This document shows, piece by piece, positions 14,031 to 27,730 of a stretch of 64,000 bases of DNA. A model generated the notes under the pieces. The model was not told where the DNA came from. It ran no database searches and was given only the letters and a program-made list of their open reading frames with translations. The number at the start of each line of letters is the position of its first letter. Positions within the stretch are counted from its first letter, which is position 1. The stretch is from the NCBI RefSeq assembly GCF_009914755.1, contig NC_060944.1; one strand, given 5' to 3'. A program made the translations under genes and the position numbers. This DNA is from the human T2T-CHM13v2.0 reference genome, Homo sapiens.

Positions 14031-15354
14031 TCAAATATTATTACTTGAGTGAGCTTTTTAAACAGTATGGTGCTATTTTATTAGTTAGGTAATGCATACA
14101 TTTGATTAAGTGTGATATATTTTGTTTAAAATACTATTCAGAACCTGACATAGCTACAGCATAGAATGGGGTCACATAATAAAGGTTCTTCTCCTTTATA
14201 TATGTGCGTGAACTTTCAGTGAGTCACATGAAATGACCACTGGTTTGGTCATTTGAGTTTATTTGAATACATTAGTTATGAGCTATTTAGTTCTTTCAAG
14301 CAGTCATAATTCATTCTCAAATTTTAAATCAGATATGTACTGTAGCTAGCACGTAGTAGGCTTTTAAATGTGTCCTAAAACTAATATGTGAGATGAGGAC
14401 ATGGGCCACAAACTGTTATTTTGCTTTCCTTCCTTATTTCATGGTTTTGTGTATCTTATTTTGGATTTGTATGCATTCTGCTGCTTCTAAAATTAGTATC
14501 TAAGCAATGCATTTTTTAACATTAATTATCAAGTTTTGTCTTACTTTTAAATTCTGCCTTATATAAGGCAGCATAAGTGGGCATTACTGCCTTGCTGACA
14601 CCTACTTTCCTGGGGTGAAATATATTGACCTTGACTGTAACCTTGACATTTAAGATAGTTGACTAGACTCTGAAAAGAGAAAGACCAGCGTGATTGTAAA
14701 TCACACCTATTTGTATAACATCCTCAATTACGTAATAAAAATAATCCAGAAAATTGCCAAGATACTTGAACATATTATACGGGGATTGGTCTTAGAAGCA
14801 CAGACTTACCCATGGGAATTAGTTCATTTTCTGAAGAGTCCTTCACCAAACTGAAAGTTGAGTTTACAGTCCTGAGAATGTGATGCCTCTTTGGTTATTA
14901 TAACCACAAAACAGTGGAATGGCTGTTTCTTCCTTTAAGCAAAATGATATGTTTAAACTCTTTTTTTGAGGGATGATTTAAAATGTGTTAATTATGTGGC
15001 TTCATTTGGAATATAAGAGATGATATAAATTAAATTATCACTGAAATTTTTACCCTGCCTGCCTCACTCACTTTGACCTTAGGACCTTACAAAGAGTGAG
15101 AAAAAGCCATCATGATGAGAAAAAGTGATCATCTCAAACTCGTGTATGTAGATGAAAAAGGATATATGTTTCTGTGTGAGGATCCCATGTAGAAATACCT
15201 TTATAAAGTTACTTGCAACTACAGCGTCGGTATATTGGGAAGGAAATGAACATTTTTTGAAGTGTCTTGTGAAGGTCAGGAACTCCTCTAGGGACTCTCC
15301 TTTGGGAGGAAGTTTAGCAAAATGGTTGTGAGCGTGTATGATGTGCATTGTGGG

Positions 15355-15590
15355 GTCCTGGCTTTGCTACTGAGAAGCCGAGTGACCTTGGTCAAGTCAT
15401 TGACCTCGTCCTTCTTATCATCATTTTTTATATCTATCCTGTGAGATAGGTGGCAGTATCCTCATTCTACAGAAAAAGAAACTGAGGCCCATTTAAGTAA
15501 TTTGTTCAGGGCCACATAACTAGCAAGTTGTAGCGCCTCAGCTGGAGTCAGACCCTGCTCAGGATTCTACCCTCTTCTACCCCTTCCATG
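15355..15590. mobile_element. Two MIR fragments in opposite orientation
   Basis: GTGACCTTGGTCAAGTCATTGACCTC (+), then TACAGAAAAAGAAACTGAGGCCC...GGCCACATAACTAGCAAG (-). Confidence 0.7.
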
Positions 15591-15839
15591 TGGTCTTCCC
15601 CTCCTTCCAAGGCTGTGTTTGCCTAGCTACCAAGTTGACAGTTTTGATCAAATAGGTTGGTTGCTTTCATGTTGAATGAGCTCAGATTAGGAGCACCGAT
15701 CATAGGGAAAAGGTTCTGAAAAGGAAATTGGGAGAAGTGACTTATAGCTGGCCATTGCCCTAGCTGATTATGTGTTCTTGAGCAAGTCATTTCACATCAC
15801 CGGTTTAAATGAAGGGCTTAGGCTTCTAGAACTATTTCT

Positions 15840-16135
15840 TTTATATTTACCCTTTTATCATCATGAAGTGTTTCTCTTTGTCTCTAGTAATCCTCTGTGT
15901 GGAAGTCTATTTTGTCTTATTAATATAGCCAGTTCAACATTATTTTGCTTACTGTTTGCATGATATAACTTTTTTCATCCTTCCAACTTATTTGTGTGTT
16001 TCCGTTTAAAATGTGTCTCTTTGTAGAGAGCATATAGTTGATTCTTGCTTTTAAAAAAATCTATTCCGATAATCTTTGCCATATAGATGGAATATTTAGT
16101 CCATTTACATTTAAAGTTGTTGACATAATTATATT
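15840..16135 (-). mobile_element. Old L1M fragment (ORF2 5' region)
   Basis: GTCTATTTTGTC..ATTAATATAGCCA and GCATATAGTTG...TTTAGTCCATTTACATTTAA antisense L1M motifs. Confidence 0.75.
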
Positions 16136-19100
16136 CTGTGGTTAACATTTTATGAAATATATTACATTTGCATTTTGATATTTCTATATCTTCTCAGTTT
16201 TCTTTCAGATTTAACTTTATGGAAAAAAGTCACAAGACTTATTTTATACTATACATAGTATACTATACATAGGTTGTATACATAGTATAATTGGTTTGTT
16301 GGATGGGCCACACTTAGTAAGACATAAACAGAAAATAGCTTTATTCTCTCCTCTCCTGTACTTTGAATGATATTTTTTTTTTGGCAGATCCTATAGCTTT
16401 TCAGTCATTTTACAGTATTGGAACAACCTAATTTTCAAATATTAGAAAAACATAGTACAATGTAAATCAAAACTTCCATTTTCCCATCCAGTTTGTAGCT
16501 TCTCCCCTTTTTTCATTCTTAGGCTTGAGCCCAGGCTTAGTGATCAGCAGTAGGGAAGAAAAGGAATTCCTGGTTTAACTCTCCTCTCTTCCTCTCCTAC
16601 ACATTATCTGGCTCCTCCAGAGTTGACACGGGGGACATAAAAGGGGCCAAGGCTATTGCACGTAGCAGGTGCTGTTTGTTTTCAAGGCCAGTTCTTTCTC
16701 ATACACACCCTGATGGATTTTTTGGAGAGCCCTTGCAGGTCCATTGGCATCATGCCATTATTTGCTTTGAGCACTGCAATATCAGCTCCTCATATTCCAG
16801 TGGAAGATCACTGGAGTGTCTCTGTGTCCTTGTCCAGGCAGCCCACTCAGATGGAGGCTTTTCAGGATCATTCAAACATGACAACCTTCCATAGTATTCA
16901 CAAGGTCCACAGGAAAACTCTCATCTTAACACCATCAAACCCCGAGGGCACAGCCTGCTTCTACTTCTACTGGGGCTCTGTTGCCTTGCAGATGGCATCA
17001 GCCAGCCAATCTGATGCACAAGCCATGGTCTCTGCACTGAAGCAGGCATCCAGGCAGGGAATAGAATATCAGCCTCTGTCATTGCAGATAGCCTCAATTT
17101 ATTATGGCTTTTCTTTTCTTTTTTTTTTTTTTGCCTTCCTTATGAGGTGTTAGAGAGAGAAGGAAAGGGATCTGTTGAATTTTCTTTGAAGAGTTTGCTG
17201 CAGTGCAGTTCTTCTCATACACAGACTCTTGGAGGTGATCTCTGGACTGGCTTGGCCGTGTGTAGCAAGTCCTGTGGACATATACAAGGAACTCATCATA
17301 TCACCTTTGGCATTGAAACATTAGCAGAAAATTGAAACAATATTTCCTTTTCTCATCATTAGAAGAATTTAGAGATCACTGGCTTAATAGTAAGATGCAC
17401 AGATAAGTGTTAAACCTTCAGCTACATTTATAATTCGTGAACTGCCACACTCTGTAAGCTTCTACCTTCACAGTAATGAGAAATACTAAGTACCAAATAA
17501 ATGCTTAATGAATCAAGTCATGGTGATTGCAGGATATTGGTCTCTGGGAAAGGTAAAGGTGACCAATATAATAAGAGGAATGAGGTTGCTAATCTGCAAA
17601 ATTCTTTACTGATTTGGTTAAACAATGGGTCACTTAAGTGGAAAAAAATAGAATTCAAAACTACTGTTAGCCTTGTCAAACTAGTTGGTCAGGTTGGCCT
17701 ATATAAAACCTGAAACTGGATTGACAGGCACTTCTGCTGGAAATCTCTAAACAGTACAGATCATATAGGTATATTCATAAATGTATATATATGTAAATGT
17801 GTACTTTTTTGAGGAATATATATATACTTTTGCATATATACGCAGACATATAAATATGTATTTTATAGACTAATATAACTGTCAGAGAAATGACATAATG
17901 ATGTCATATAATATATAAAATATAAAAATATACTTTAAGAGTTGGTAAATAATAAATAGCACAGATAAAGGAGAATGGTTTGGAACAAGAAACAGGTAAT
18001 TTCCCCTAATTTTTGGAGCAGAAATAGATGAATATGAAATGTATATATCAGTTCATTAGTTAGCTTATTTCAAAGTACAAAATAGCCTTAAAAGATTTAA
18101 TGTGATTTTGTACCAGAATTTATAGGTGACAATATGATAAGAAGTTACTTTAAAGTTATAAATTTAATTTTGACTAGTTAATTATCAATATATTTAAAAA
18201 TATATTAACATGTGCTTTATCCTAATTAAAAGGAGATTATATCTCAGTAGTGTCTAAGATTTTTAAAAATAACTTTGGTACTTATAAAATATGTGATTAT
18301 ATAAAAAATATTGGAAAATAACTTAAAAGCACAAAGAAGAAGGGAAGAAGGCAAAACTACCTTTAATCTAGTTATAATAGGTGGTAACCAATATAGGCCA
18401 GAATGAGAAACACCAGATTGCTTTTTGTTTATTGATACATTTTTTCCATGAGTGACAAAAATTGGTCTTTTCATGGTAGAACTTCCTTTGATCTATATTT
18501 AATCAGCTCACTTAATTTTCTGTTTAAAACTAATAATTCCTTTCATGGCTAGACTTTGTATGTAGGAAGTGGTTCTAAGATTGTGTCCAATATCATCAGA
18601 AATCTGCTTAATATAACTCCTAAAGCTTTATTTGTAGACTAGATATTTGTATACTATTTGGAGCCTTTGTCAGTTGTTAGGAATTATTTTAAGATGTGGA
18701 GAAAGAAATAAAGTTAGCTGGTGAATAAGGAAGTATTTTCACACTTGATCCTGTTTTTAGTTTTAATCCTGGAATTGCTTATAGCAGTTAATGTGGACCT
18801 CAATATTTCATTTTGTAAATGAGCAGTGTCAGTATGATGGTGGGGTTAAATGCAAGGGAGATGCTTTTGTCCTACTTTTCAAGGTATACTTTAAGCAAGG
18901 TAAGCATTCGTAAAGGAGTCCTAATTTACTAGAAAGCTTGAAGTTTTGGAGCAGAGATTTTCAAAGAAGTTGTACGCAGAGTTCTTTCTGAGCTATGGCC
19001 TGATAGTGTCTTTGTGAAAGTATCTTCTTCCCATTTCTTTTGTTATGAAGCCTGTTTTTTAAAATCATTGGCCTTTGGTGAAGATTGAACACATTGAAAA

Positions 19101-19159
19101 ATAACTGTATAGGAGAAAAACTGTGAGTGTTATAGTGTTATTTAATTGAGAATACTATT

Positions 19160-19161
<2 letters not shown>

Positions 19162-19196
<35 letters not shown>
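19162..19196. repeat. (TG)17 microsatellite
   Basis: Read directly. Confidence 0.97.
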
Positions 19197-19197
<1 letters not shown>

Positions 19198-20424
19198 TGT
19201 GTCTGTCATGGGAAAGTATTGAAATGATGCATTACTGAAGAAAAAAGGATTTGTTTATCTTTCCAAAGAGAATAGAGCTATTATTTGGGAAAAAACTCAA
19301 CATCCTTTTAAATCATATTTTTTTCAAATGTATGTGTATGGGAAATCTTAAAATAATAGATAACTAACTAATAGAAAGGGGGAGGGAAAAAATGGAAGCG
19401 TGCTTTGTCACCCGATAACTATCCCAAAATAAGTTTGGCTTCTAACACATTTTTAGTGTTTTTTTTTTTTTTTTCAAATGGGTATTAGATAGCTTCCGTG
19501 GTAGAAGTGAGGACTTGCAGAATACTCTGTGTTACTAAAAAATTGCTGGAAAAGTTAACCTGAAATGGCAGAGTAAAGAAGCTCATGTTTAAGCTAATAT
19601 ACTCCAGTAACTTTTGCATCTCTGCACGTTCATCACAGACTGTGAGCATATTGTGTATAAATAATTACCAAATGTTTCGGGGGTGGTGATTCTATTTCTT
19701 CTCCATGAGAATTTATAAAGTTGTTAAATTCGGTTTCTTTGGAGTCATCACAGTTTATTTCACTGAGATGTTTACTGGATAAATATTTTCACAGAAGTTT
19801 TCATCAACTTCAAAGAGGTAGTAGTTATTCAATGCAAAGTATTAGAAGCCTATTGCAATATACATGCAATTTTTTTTCTTTCGACAGTAGACTTGTTTCT
19901 CTTTTTGGTTCAAATGAATTCATTATTTTAAACTGCTTCAATCAATTCGATATGTTGTATTCATAGACACAGTGGGTTTTATTTGTAAGCCTCCCCAGAG
20001 ACCAGGGTCCCCAGGGTCTTGGTGCCACATGTTCTGTAAATGTGACAGGAGAGCTGGGGTGTTTGTACCATACATGGGAGAGGGCTGATTTCTGAGAGAA
20101 ACTAATGCTGTTGACTCATAAGTTTCTTTTTATCATTTCTAGGTCATACAAGTACATGGTAGCTTTAAAAAAAAACATGCCATAGGTATGTAGAGCCTTT
20201 ATAAGTCTCGACAACTGTAAAATGAGCTAGAGAAAGTCACTATCTGGGTCATGTGGAACCACATCTGGTTTATGATATGGGCATGTAGTAATTGTGCTTG
20301 AGATTACAGTGGAGCCTCACCTGGCTTATGTTTTTGGCCATAGACTGAAGGTTCCTTTGAATGTTCCCTCAGCTAATGTAGGTATGCAGTTTATAAATAA
20401 TATTTTCATAAAGACAAAAGTGAG

Positions 20425-20670
20425 AAGCAGCATTGTACAGCAGAAATGTGAGAGCTGACTTTCCTAGGTTCTGACCTTCCTAGGTTTGAGTATCCAGTCT
20501 GTCTTTTGCTAGAAAAGTGACCTCAGGTGAGCTCCAAAGCTCCCTCTGAACTCGTCCTCATGGGAAAGGGGAGAGACTAGTGCCTAACTGGGGAGCGGTG
20601 AAGACTGCATGAAATACTAGATGCAAAGTGCCTAACACCTCACCTGGTTTATACAACAATAGCTACCTGT
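20425..20670 (+). mobile_element. MIR SINE
   Basis: CCTAGGTTTGAGTATCCAG...GTGACCTCAGGTGAG...AAAGTGCCTAACAC. Confidence 0.6.
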
Positions 20671-21519
20671 TAGTTGTAGTTCTGTTCTTTTCTTTCTACA
20701 GACATTTGACCATTAAATACACAATTATTTCAACCCATTATTATATTTCTAGAAGTGATGATTACAGATTTTTTTTTCTTTTTGAGAACTGCATGCTTTT
20801 CATAAAGTCTCTTGGAAAAGTAATCTCTATGTAGTTTTGCTTCTTCATTCATTCAGCATTTGTCAATACTTGTTACTGGCTTGCTTCCTGAGGTCTAGGA
20901 GTTTATGTTGTATCAAGAGAGATCTACAGATAATAGAAGTTACTGTAGAATTTTAAGTTCCACAGAAGGTGCATTTCTGAGGCCCTATAAAGCAGCATTT
21001 GAATCAGGTCAGCTCTTCAGCCCTCGAGAGGTATTTTCATGTTCTTGTTTTCTGTTTTTTAGTGATGTTCCATTTCTGGTGTTTAATCTAGCCATGCCAC
21101 TAAATATTTACTTTTCTTTGTGAGACAGGTTAAGACTGTCTTAACTTAGAAGATTCTTCATTTCTTTGGTCACTGGAATAGCATTGCTGTCTTTTTTGTC
21201 ATCATTCCGTTTTGCATTGTTATCATTCTCTTTTGCATTGTTAATATCAGAATGTAATGGTCCTTAGGAAAGCACAGTGTGGCTCGGTAGAGTGATGTGC
21301 CTTGTTGTTTCTGATGCTTTTTTGATTCTCTCTGAAGCCTGTTGGTGAGCCTGTTGGGTGAGACATCCTTAGTGTTGACAAGTGGGAATTGTTGATGAGG
21401 TTTCCACTGCAATGGTGATGTATCTGTTACTGAGCAGTTATAGGGTGCATCGCAGTTAGTTAAAATAGGAGCAGCTTCTCAGGATACAGAAGGGGGAAAA
21501 TAAGTTATTGCTGGTGTAT

Positions 21520-21885
21520 ATATTAGAATATTTTTGGCTGTGAGTGATAGAAAACAGCAGCCTAAACTAACAGAAGTTTAAGAGAAATGCACGCTTGGGA
21601 ATCTAAGCATTTTGGGCAGATGTGGCATCTCAGCAGTGCCATCAGGGAACCAGGTTCCTTCTGTCTTTCTCACCACTCCTTATCATTTAGCATTTATTTG
21701 TCTTCATAGGTGTGAGATGGCTCTGCACCACTCAGGAGCTATTTCCAGGAAATGAGGGATTGGGACTTGTTTACATCATGAGAATGAACTTTCTCAGAGC
21801 TCTCTCTCTTGTATCTCATTGATCAAAACTGTGTCATGTGGCTATCCCTAGCTGCCATAGTATCTGGGAAAGCAAATCGTTTCAG
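21520..21885 (-). mobile_element. Old MaLR LTR (MLT1J/K-like)
   Basis: TCTCATTGATCAAAACTGTGTCATGTGGCTATCCCTAGCTGC...CTGGGAAA. Confidence 0.6.
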
Positions 21886-23471
21886 CTTAGTATATTGGCT
21901 CGTAACGCTATAAATGTTGGCTAAACAAATAGCTATAGCCACCATACCTGGGAATTTTGTTTTTGTCACATCTACTAGCTTAGTTTTAGATTTCATGATT
22001 TGGTAAGTATTAGATGCTACTTCATTCATTCACTTATTTGACACATATTTATTAAATGCATAAGGCCTTAGGATATACCATTGCAAATTTAATAAAACTA
22101 GTCCTCATATTATGGCTGCATGAATGTAAAATATCTAAGTATGGTTGCGAGCTAATGGATGTTTCTCTTAGCTCATGTAGTAAATGGCTAGAACTGTGAT
22201 TTTCAAATTGAAAACAACTGAATTTTGTTTAGCTGACCTCCGTCATGTAACTCGTTCGTAATTATTAACCCTACCCTCCCTCCTCTGACCCTCAGTCCTT
22301 TTACTGATAAATTTGGAAGCCTGCCTCCTGAGGCTGAGTTGCTCTGGTTTTCCCATAATACTCCCTTTTCCAGCTTTTATATGCTTACCCATTAAGTCAG
22401 ACAAATTTCCTTTTCAGAGTTTGGCATTGTTTCTTTATTGGAAAGGAAACAGATTGTTTTAGGCCAGGAAAGCTTGCAAAAGAAAATAGAAGACCATGAA
22501 CTATGTTTTTTATTTTCTTGTTTTTAATCATCACATCTCATGTTAGGATTTAGTGTTAGATCTCGGTGTGTTTTCTGTTCAGAGGGAATGTGAGGTTCTT
22601 CTTGCACCTGGTTTGTCTTTGATGTGGGGTAGGCACAGCTTTACACATGGTCTTTCCCCAAACCATGACATAAATCCTGCTTTTTATTTTATGGCGAGGG
22701 TCAGGTTTCCAGTAGTGGCATCTGGCGGGGTCAGTAAATCAAATTCCTGGGCTGTGAGGATGATTTTACTTGTGGGTGACTTTCCCTGCTTGTTGTGAGA
22801 GCTCAGCTTTAGTGTCACATGGCCCCTTTTTGGCTCTTTCAAATTTTAGTCAAATTGCGTGGTATAATCCATAAAGTGCCCATCTTTTGTCTGTTTCGCA
22901 GTGACAGATCACTGCGCTAGGATAAGCAGGTAGCAGATCTGATAATTTATATCTGTGGCCCCAAATCTTTGCCATGAATAAAGGATTTTTAAAAAAAGTT
23001 GTTTCCTCTTGGATGTTGGCATTAGAAAGAATTTGTTCATGAAACATCACATTGATACTAATGATATGTTATTCATTTCCCCAATTACATGAATCAAAGG
23101 TGTATTTAACTACCTACAATTTCTGACAAGAATGAGATAACCAGTGTTCCTATGTTGATGTTACTTAATTGAAAGCAGGATACCTAAAATCAAAAAAGAA
23201 ACAGAAGATTTATTGCAACTAAATATATATTTGTTATTTGGCTTTGGAATATTGAAATAAATATTCAAAGCCATTTTTATAATTTTTTTAAACCATACCT
23301 ATAAGCTTTTCATTTTTCCTAGTGTGATATTTGATTTTTAAAATTTTTGCCTAAAGTATTTCTTTTTTTTTGTTAGAAAGTATTTGAAAAACAGAAAGGT
23401 TGTGATAGTTATGATCTGTGCATTTCTCTCTGTATTTTCACAAATAATTCCCATCAAATGAACATTTAAAA

Positions 23472-23660
23472 AACTTTTTATTATGGAACATTTTGAATAT
23501 ACATAAAAGTACAGTGAATATCACAGTGAACCTTCATATATCCATCATTACACTGTAACAAACTCATGGCAGTTTCGTTTCATCCATTACTCCTCCCCAT
23601 CAGTGACCTCAACTGGATTGTTTTGAAACAAATCCATATTTGAAGCAAAAATAGATATAT
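23472..23660 (-). mobile_element. L1MC-like 3' end fragment
   Basis: TTTTTATTATGGAACATTTTGAATATACATAAAAGTA...GAACCTTCATATATCCATCA; related copy at 35945-36060. Confidence 0.65.
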
Positions 23661-25232
23661 TATTTCTGGTTGGTCAGTTATGAACTGAAGATCTATAAGT
23701 GGCCCCACCCCAGTTGTTACTATGTCATAGATTATGATTTGGCTTAGTGTACGTGCAGTGACCCATGTGTGCATATTGATCATCAATCCATCGTGGCTTT
23801 CTTAGCTATCTTGGCTTTCTTTTGTTAGCAGAGCTTACCTGCAACTGTAGTTTCAGAAAATAGAACAGGCAGCTCTTACCATCACTATACTATATTGGCA
23901 GTGAAGGGGACCACAGTACTGCTGGTTGACATATGAAGTGGTGAAGAGCAAGAGAGGAAAGGCCCCAGATGCTGGCTTACACTGGGGAGTCCACATGGGG
24001 CATTGGTGTTGCTCTGAAGGAGAGAGGTTCTGCAGCTATCTAAGCTTAGCCAAGAAGAGTGGAACTCATTTTGGCTATTTGCAGACATGGACATGGTTGC
24101 AGGGTTCACGATCCTTTCAGTAGGATGTTGTGAGAATTTCTTATTTAAAGTTTAAAAAGGATTTTTATTCTGAAGTGAAGCAAACACAAGCTAATGGAGG
24201 ATTTCTCATTTGGGGAGAGGGACTCCTCTGGACTGTGGTCTCCTTGAATTTATGCATTGGCGGTCATTTCAAATCTTTGGAGCTCTTTTGGGTCAGAATC
24301 CTGGTCATTGTTTTTGAATCTATATATCATTATCCCCATTGGAAGTTAAATTACAGACGGAACCAAACATATATCATGGTCAGAGACAGAATTACATTCT
24401 TGTGAACATTATCCCATGGGTCATTTTAATTAGATTTGACCGGAAACAGTTTATAGTAGTGGATGATTAACTTATATTAAACTAAACCATTTACTTTCTT
24501 ATTTTGGCTTGAATATGTAAAGTTAAAATAATTTATATTAACAAGTGATTTTGAAAAGTCATATTTAGTATTTGTTAGTGACTAGTAGGTTTCTGTGTCA
24601 ATTGTTTATTGAAAGTAATACATGTAAAATAAAATCAGAGGTATCCTGTTTTTATTTAAATTTTTATGTAGTTTTTTTGTAATCTAAAAGTCTTAGCTAA
24701 GAAAAATAGAGCCCATAAATATAGTTTATTGGCTTGGACAATAAAAAATCAATAGAAAGAGGTAGCAGCTCATAGTTCTCTTACCTTCTGCTACCTGCAC
24801 AGCCCATCACAACCTTTTCACATCATTTTCCCACTGGAAAAGCAGAAACAAGAGTGGAGTTTTATATATTTCCTTCTTTGTTTATACATTTACTTTATGG
24901 AATTAAGCAAAATGTTTGAAAATATGTCATTGGGATAGATGTGATGTAAAAACTTTAATTCTAATTTTGAGCAATTTTCATTTACTTTTATCCATTTTCC
25001 ATTTGATTTTATCCATTTTGTTCTTTAAAAAGCAAATCATTGGAATTAAAATCTGTAAAATGTTTTATGTAGATAGAAATGAAGAAATATTTCAAGTCTA
25101 ATTTAAAGATTTCCATTTGTTTAATATTATAAATGAAACACAACATGGTAAGATTATAGGCTGGTCTTAAAAATTCACATTTGCTATTTATTGTTACTAG
25201 TAGGTAGTTTTTCTTCTATTTTTTCTTCACAG

Positions 25233-25288
25233 GAAAAGACGATTTCTCTCTGATTCAGAATCCTGAAAATGTGATCTCCCTTAAAAAG
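25233..25288 (+). other. Candidate 56-nt internal exon (possibly 5' UTR) of an unidentified + strand gene
   Basis: Strong acceptor TTTTTCTTCTATTTTTTCTTCACAG|G and donor AAG|GTAGGT in repeat-free sequence; two of three frames contain stops. Confidence 0.55.
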
Positions 25289-25877
25289 GTAGGTGTATGT
25301 GCTTTTTAATTTGTGACTAAAAAAATTTTATCTTGAATAAATTACAATCCAGATGATTTAATCGAGAAGCAATTTTTTATGCCACTAACACGTGCCATTG
25401 TGAATTGAATTAAAACCTCAGATTCATCTTTCTAAATTCAATATTTAACTTTGCCAGTCTTTTTAAAGAATGACTATTTTGAGACAAAAGTTGATGTCTA
25501 CAGCAGTCAATGTATGTGATGTATAATAAGTGAATGCTTCTCAGCAGATCCATTTTTTTATTGCAATACATTTATTTCAGCTCATCTTGATGAAATGTGT
25601 TCCTGTCTTTTTCAGTGGGTGACATCTTTCTAGGAAACCAAGACAGTGTGGAAATGTAAAATGGTCTGTGGCCAGTAAAAAATGTGATATCTTTCATTTT
25701 GTGGTGTGAGATTTCTTTTTCAGTGTGTGGATTGTGATTTGCTGCATACTTTGTCAGCTGTAATAAGGTTGGGGGCATTCTTGGGTGTATGGTATCTTTT
25801 TGTAATCCATACAGAGCCTGCAAGAGGTTTCCAAATTTCATGGAGTGAACTCATACTAGCTTAGGAGCCACTTTGGC

Positions 25878-26178
25878 TTTCTTTTTTTTTTCTTTTCTGA
25901 GGCAGAGTCTCGCTCTGTCACCCAGGCTGGAATGCAGTGGCGTGATCTTGGCTCACTGCAACCTCTGTCTCCTGTGTTCAAGGGATTCTCTTGCCTTAGC
26001 CTCTGAAGTAGGTGGGTCTATAGGTGCCCGCCACCACACCCAGCTAATTTTTGTATCTCTAGTAGTGATGGGATTTCACCATGTTGGCCAGGCTGATCTC
26101 GAACTCCTCATCTCAAGTGAGCTGCCTACCCCGGCCTCCGAAAGTGCTGGGATTATGGGTGTGAGCCACAGCCTGGCC
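25878..26178 (-). mobile_element. Alu (AluS-like)
   Basis: Antisense dimer GAGGCAGAGTCTCGCTCTGTCACCC...GCCTGGCC, with T-tracts on both sides. Confidence 0.95.
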
Positions 26179-27425
26179 TTTTTTTTTTTTTTTTTTTTTG
26201 GTTTTTATCTCATACTTTTTATTCTGAAATATGGACTGGCTCTCCTGTTCTGAAAGGTGTAGTTGGGGACTTGGTTCTGACTAGAGCCATGCGTTCAGGG
26301 AGTGCCTGTGGAGACTGGGAAACCGCTAGGCATGAGTGGTATGGTGGGTCCCATGGGGCTGTCACCCCAAACCACAGGACTGCCTCAGAGATTTGGGGGG
26401 TGTTTTAAGGTCACAGTGGTCAAATCTGACCTTGTGCCATTATCCTTTCATGTTATCCTCTAGTTGGCTCTCAGACTGTAAGATTTTACCTTTTAGATCA
26501 TTTCTGGGCTGAGAAGTTAGGGTATAGAAACAATTTGTCCTGATTTAATTACAATAACAAATTCGTGATGCTGATGGCGTCTTTCCTCATTCTTCTGCAA
26601 CCTCACAAGAATGACCATTCACCTCCAGCTTTTAATTACCCATCCAGCTAGCTCCCAGCCATCTCTGCCCTGGGAATGGCTTGGTTCTCTCTGACAGAGC
26701 TCACCAAGCAGTTGCTCACATGTTACTTATAAAGCACCCACCTCTAGATAGCAAAAAGTGAAGACTATGGTCCATACTATATCATTGGAAATCTAGTGTG
26801 GAGAACGAACATACATTGATTTCCAAATTGGAAATAGAGGAGTTGAAGCTGAGTTGTAATGTTCGGCCCATTTAAGATAAATAGAGCCACCCGTGTAAAT
26901 TTGGCATTTGGACATAAATAAACCCTATGAGAGTATGCTAGCAGAGTGAACTTACAGAGACCAGAGAGATTGTTGCGAATTTGCTTCAAAATTGGAGTTC
27001 AAAAACCTGCTGTATGCAATTATTGCAGTGAATTGACTGCATAATAGTTAAATAAATGTTTTCTTTTTTTTCTCAGATTATTTATTTAAATGTTGGCTTC
27101 AAAGACGATATAGAGAAACATGAGTTAATCAAAGACAGAGAGTGAGGATAATCTTTGATAGAATGATGACTGCAAAAGAGCTGTTAAGTGTGATATAAAT
27201 GCTGAGTTATAAAAATACACTTTTAGGAAATCCAGATTATTAAACCTTGATCATCTTGAATAATAATTGGACTTAACTGCAGCATAAATCATCTGCATCA
27301 CGTATCTGCTAGCAGATATGTATAGAAAAAATTCGACTTTCAACTACTAGGAAAGTTGCTTTTTCGCATTTATCCAACATTAATCTAAAATCCCTCTTGG
27401 GAATAAAAACTCACATATCTGCAAG

Positions 27426-27682
27426 GTCGCCAGACAGTTAGGAGCACATTCTGGAAAAGGCTCCTCAGCTGCATGGGTGACAGAGCCCAGGAGGCTGTGG
27501 AGTATTGTAAAAGTCCTGGAGTATGTGGCAATTAATTCGAAGGATGTCTCATGTGTTAAATAGTCTCATATATATATACACATATATATACGTATATATG
27601 TTAGTCTCATATATATGTATATATACATATGTACGTATATATGTACATATATACATATATACGTGTGTGTGTATATATATAC

Positions 27683-27730
<48 letters not shown>

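Noticed and set aside
14220-14231. Overlapping AP-1 (TGAGTCA) and CACATG E-box; other AP-1 sites at ~20112, 36421, 42788 and 55358
   Set aside because: 7-mers are expected several times by chance; no supporting evidence.
23239-23273. 14-bp stem hairpin TGGCTTTG(G)AATATT / AATATTCAAAGCCA
   Set aside because: Short and AT-rich; plausible by chance in 64 kb.
27060-27146. Strong acceptor-like tracts (AG at ~27077; also ~25617 and ~38732)
   Set aside because: No convincing donor partner nearby.
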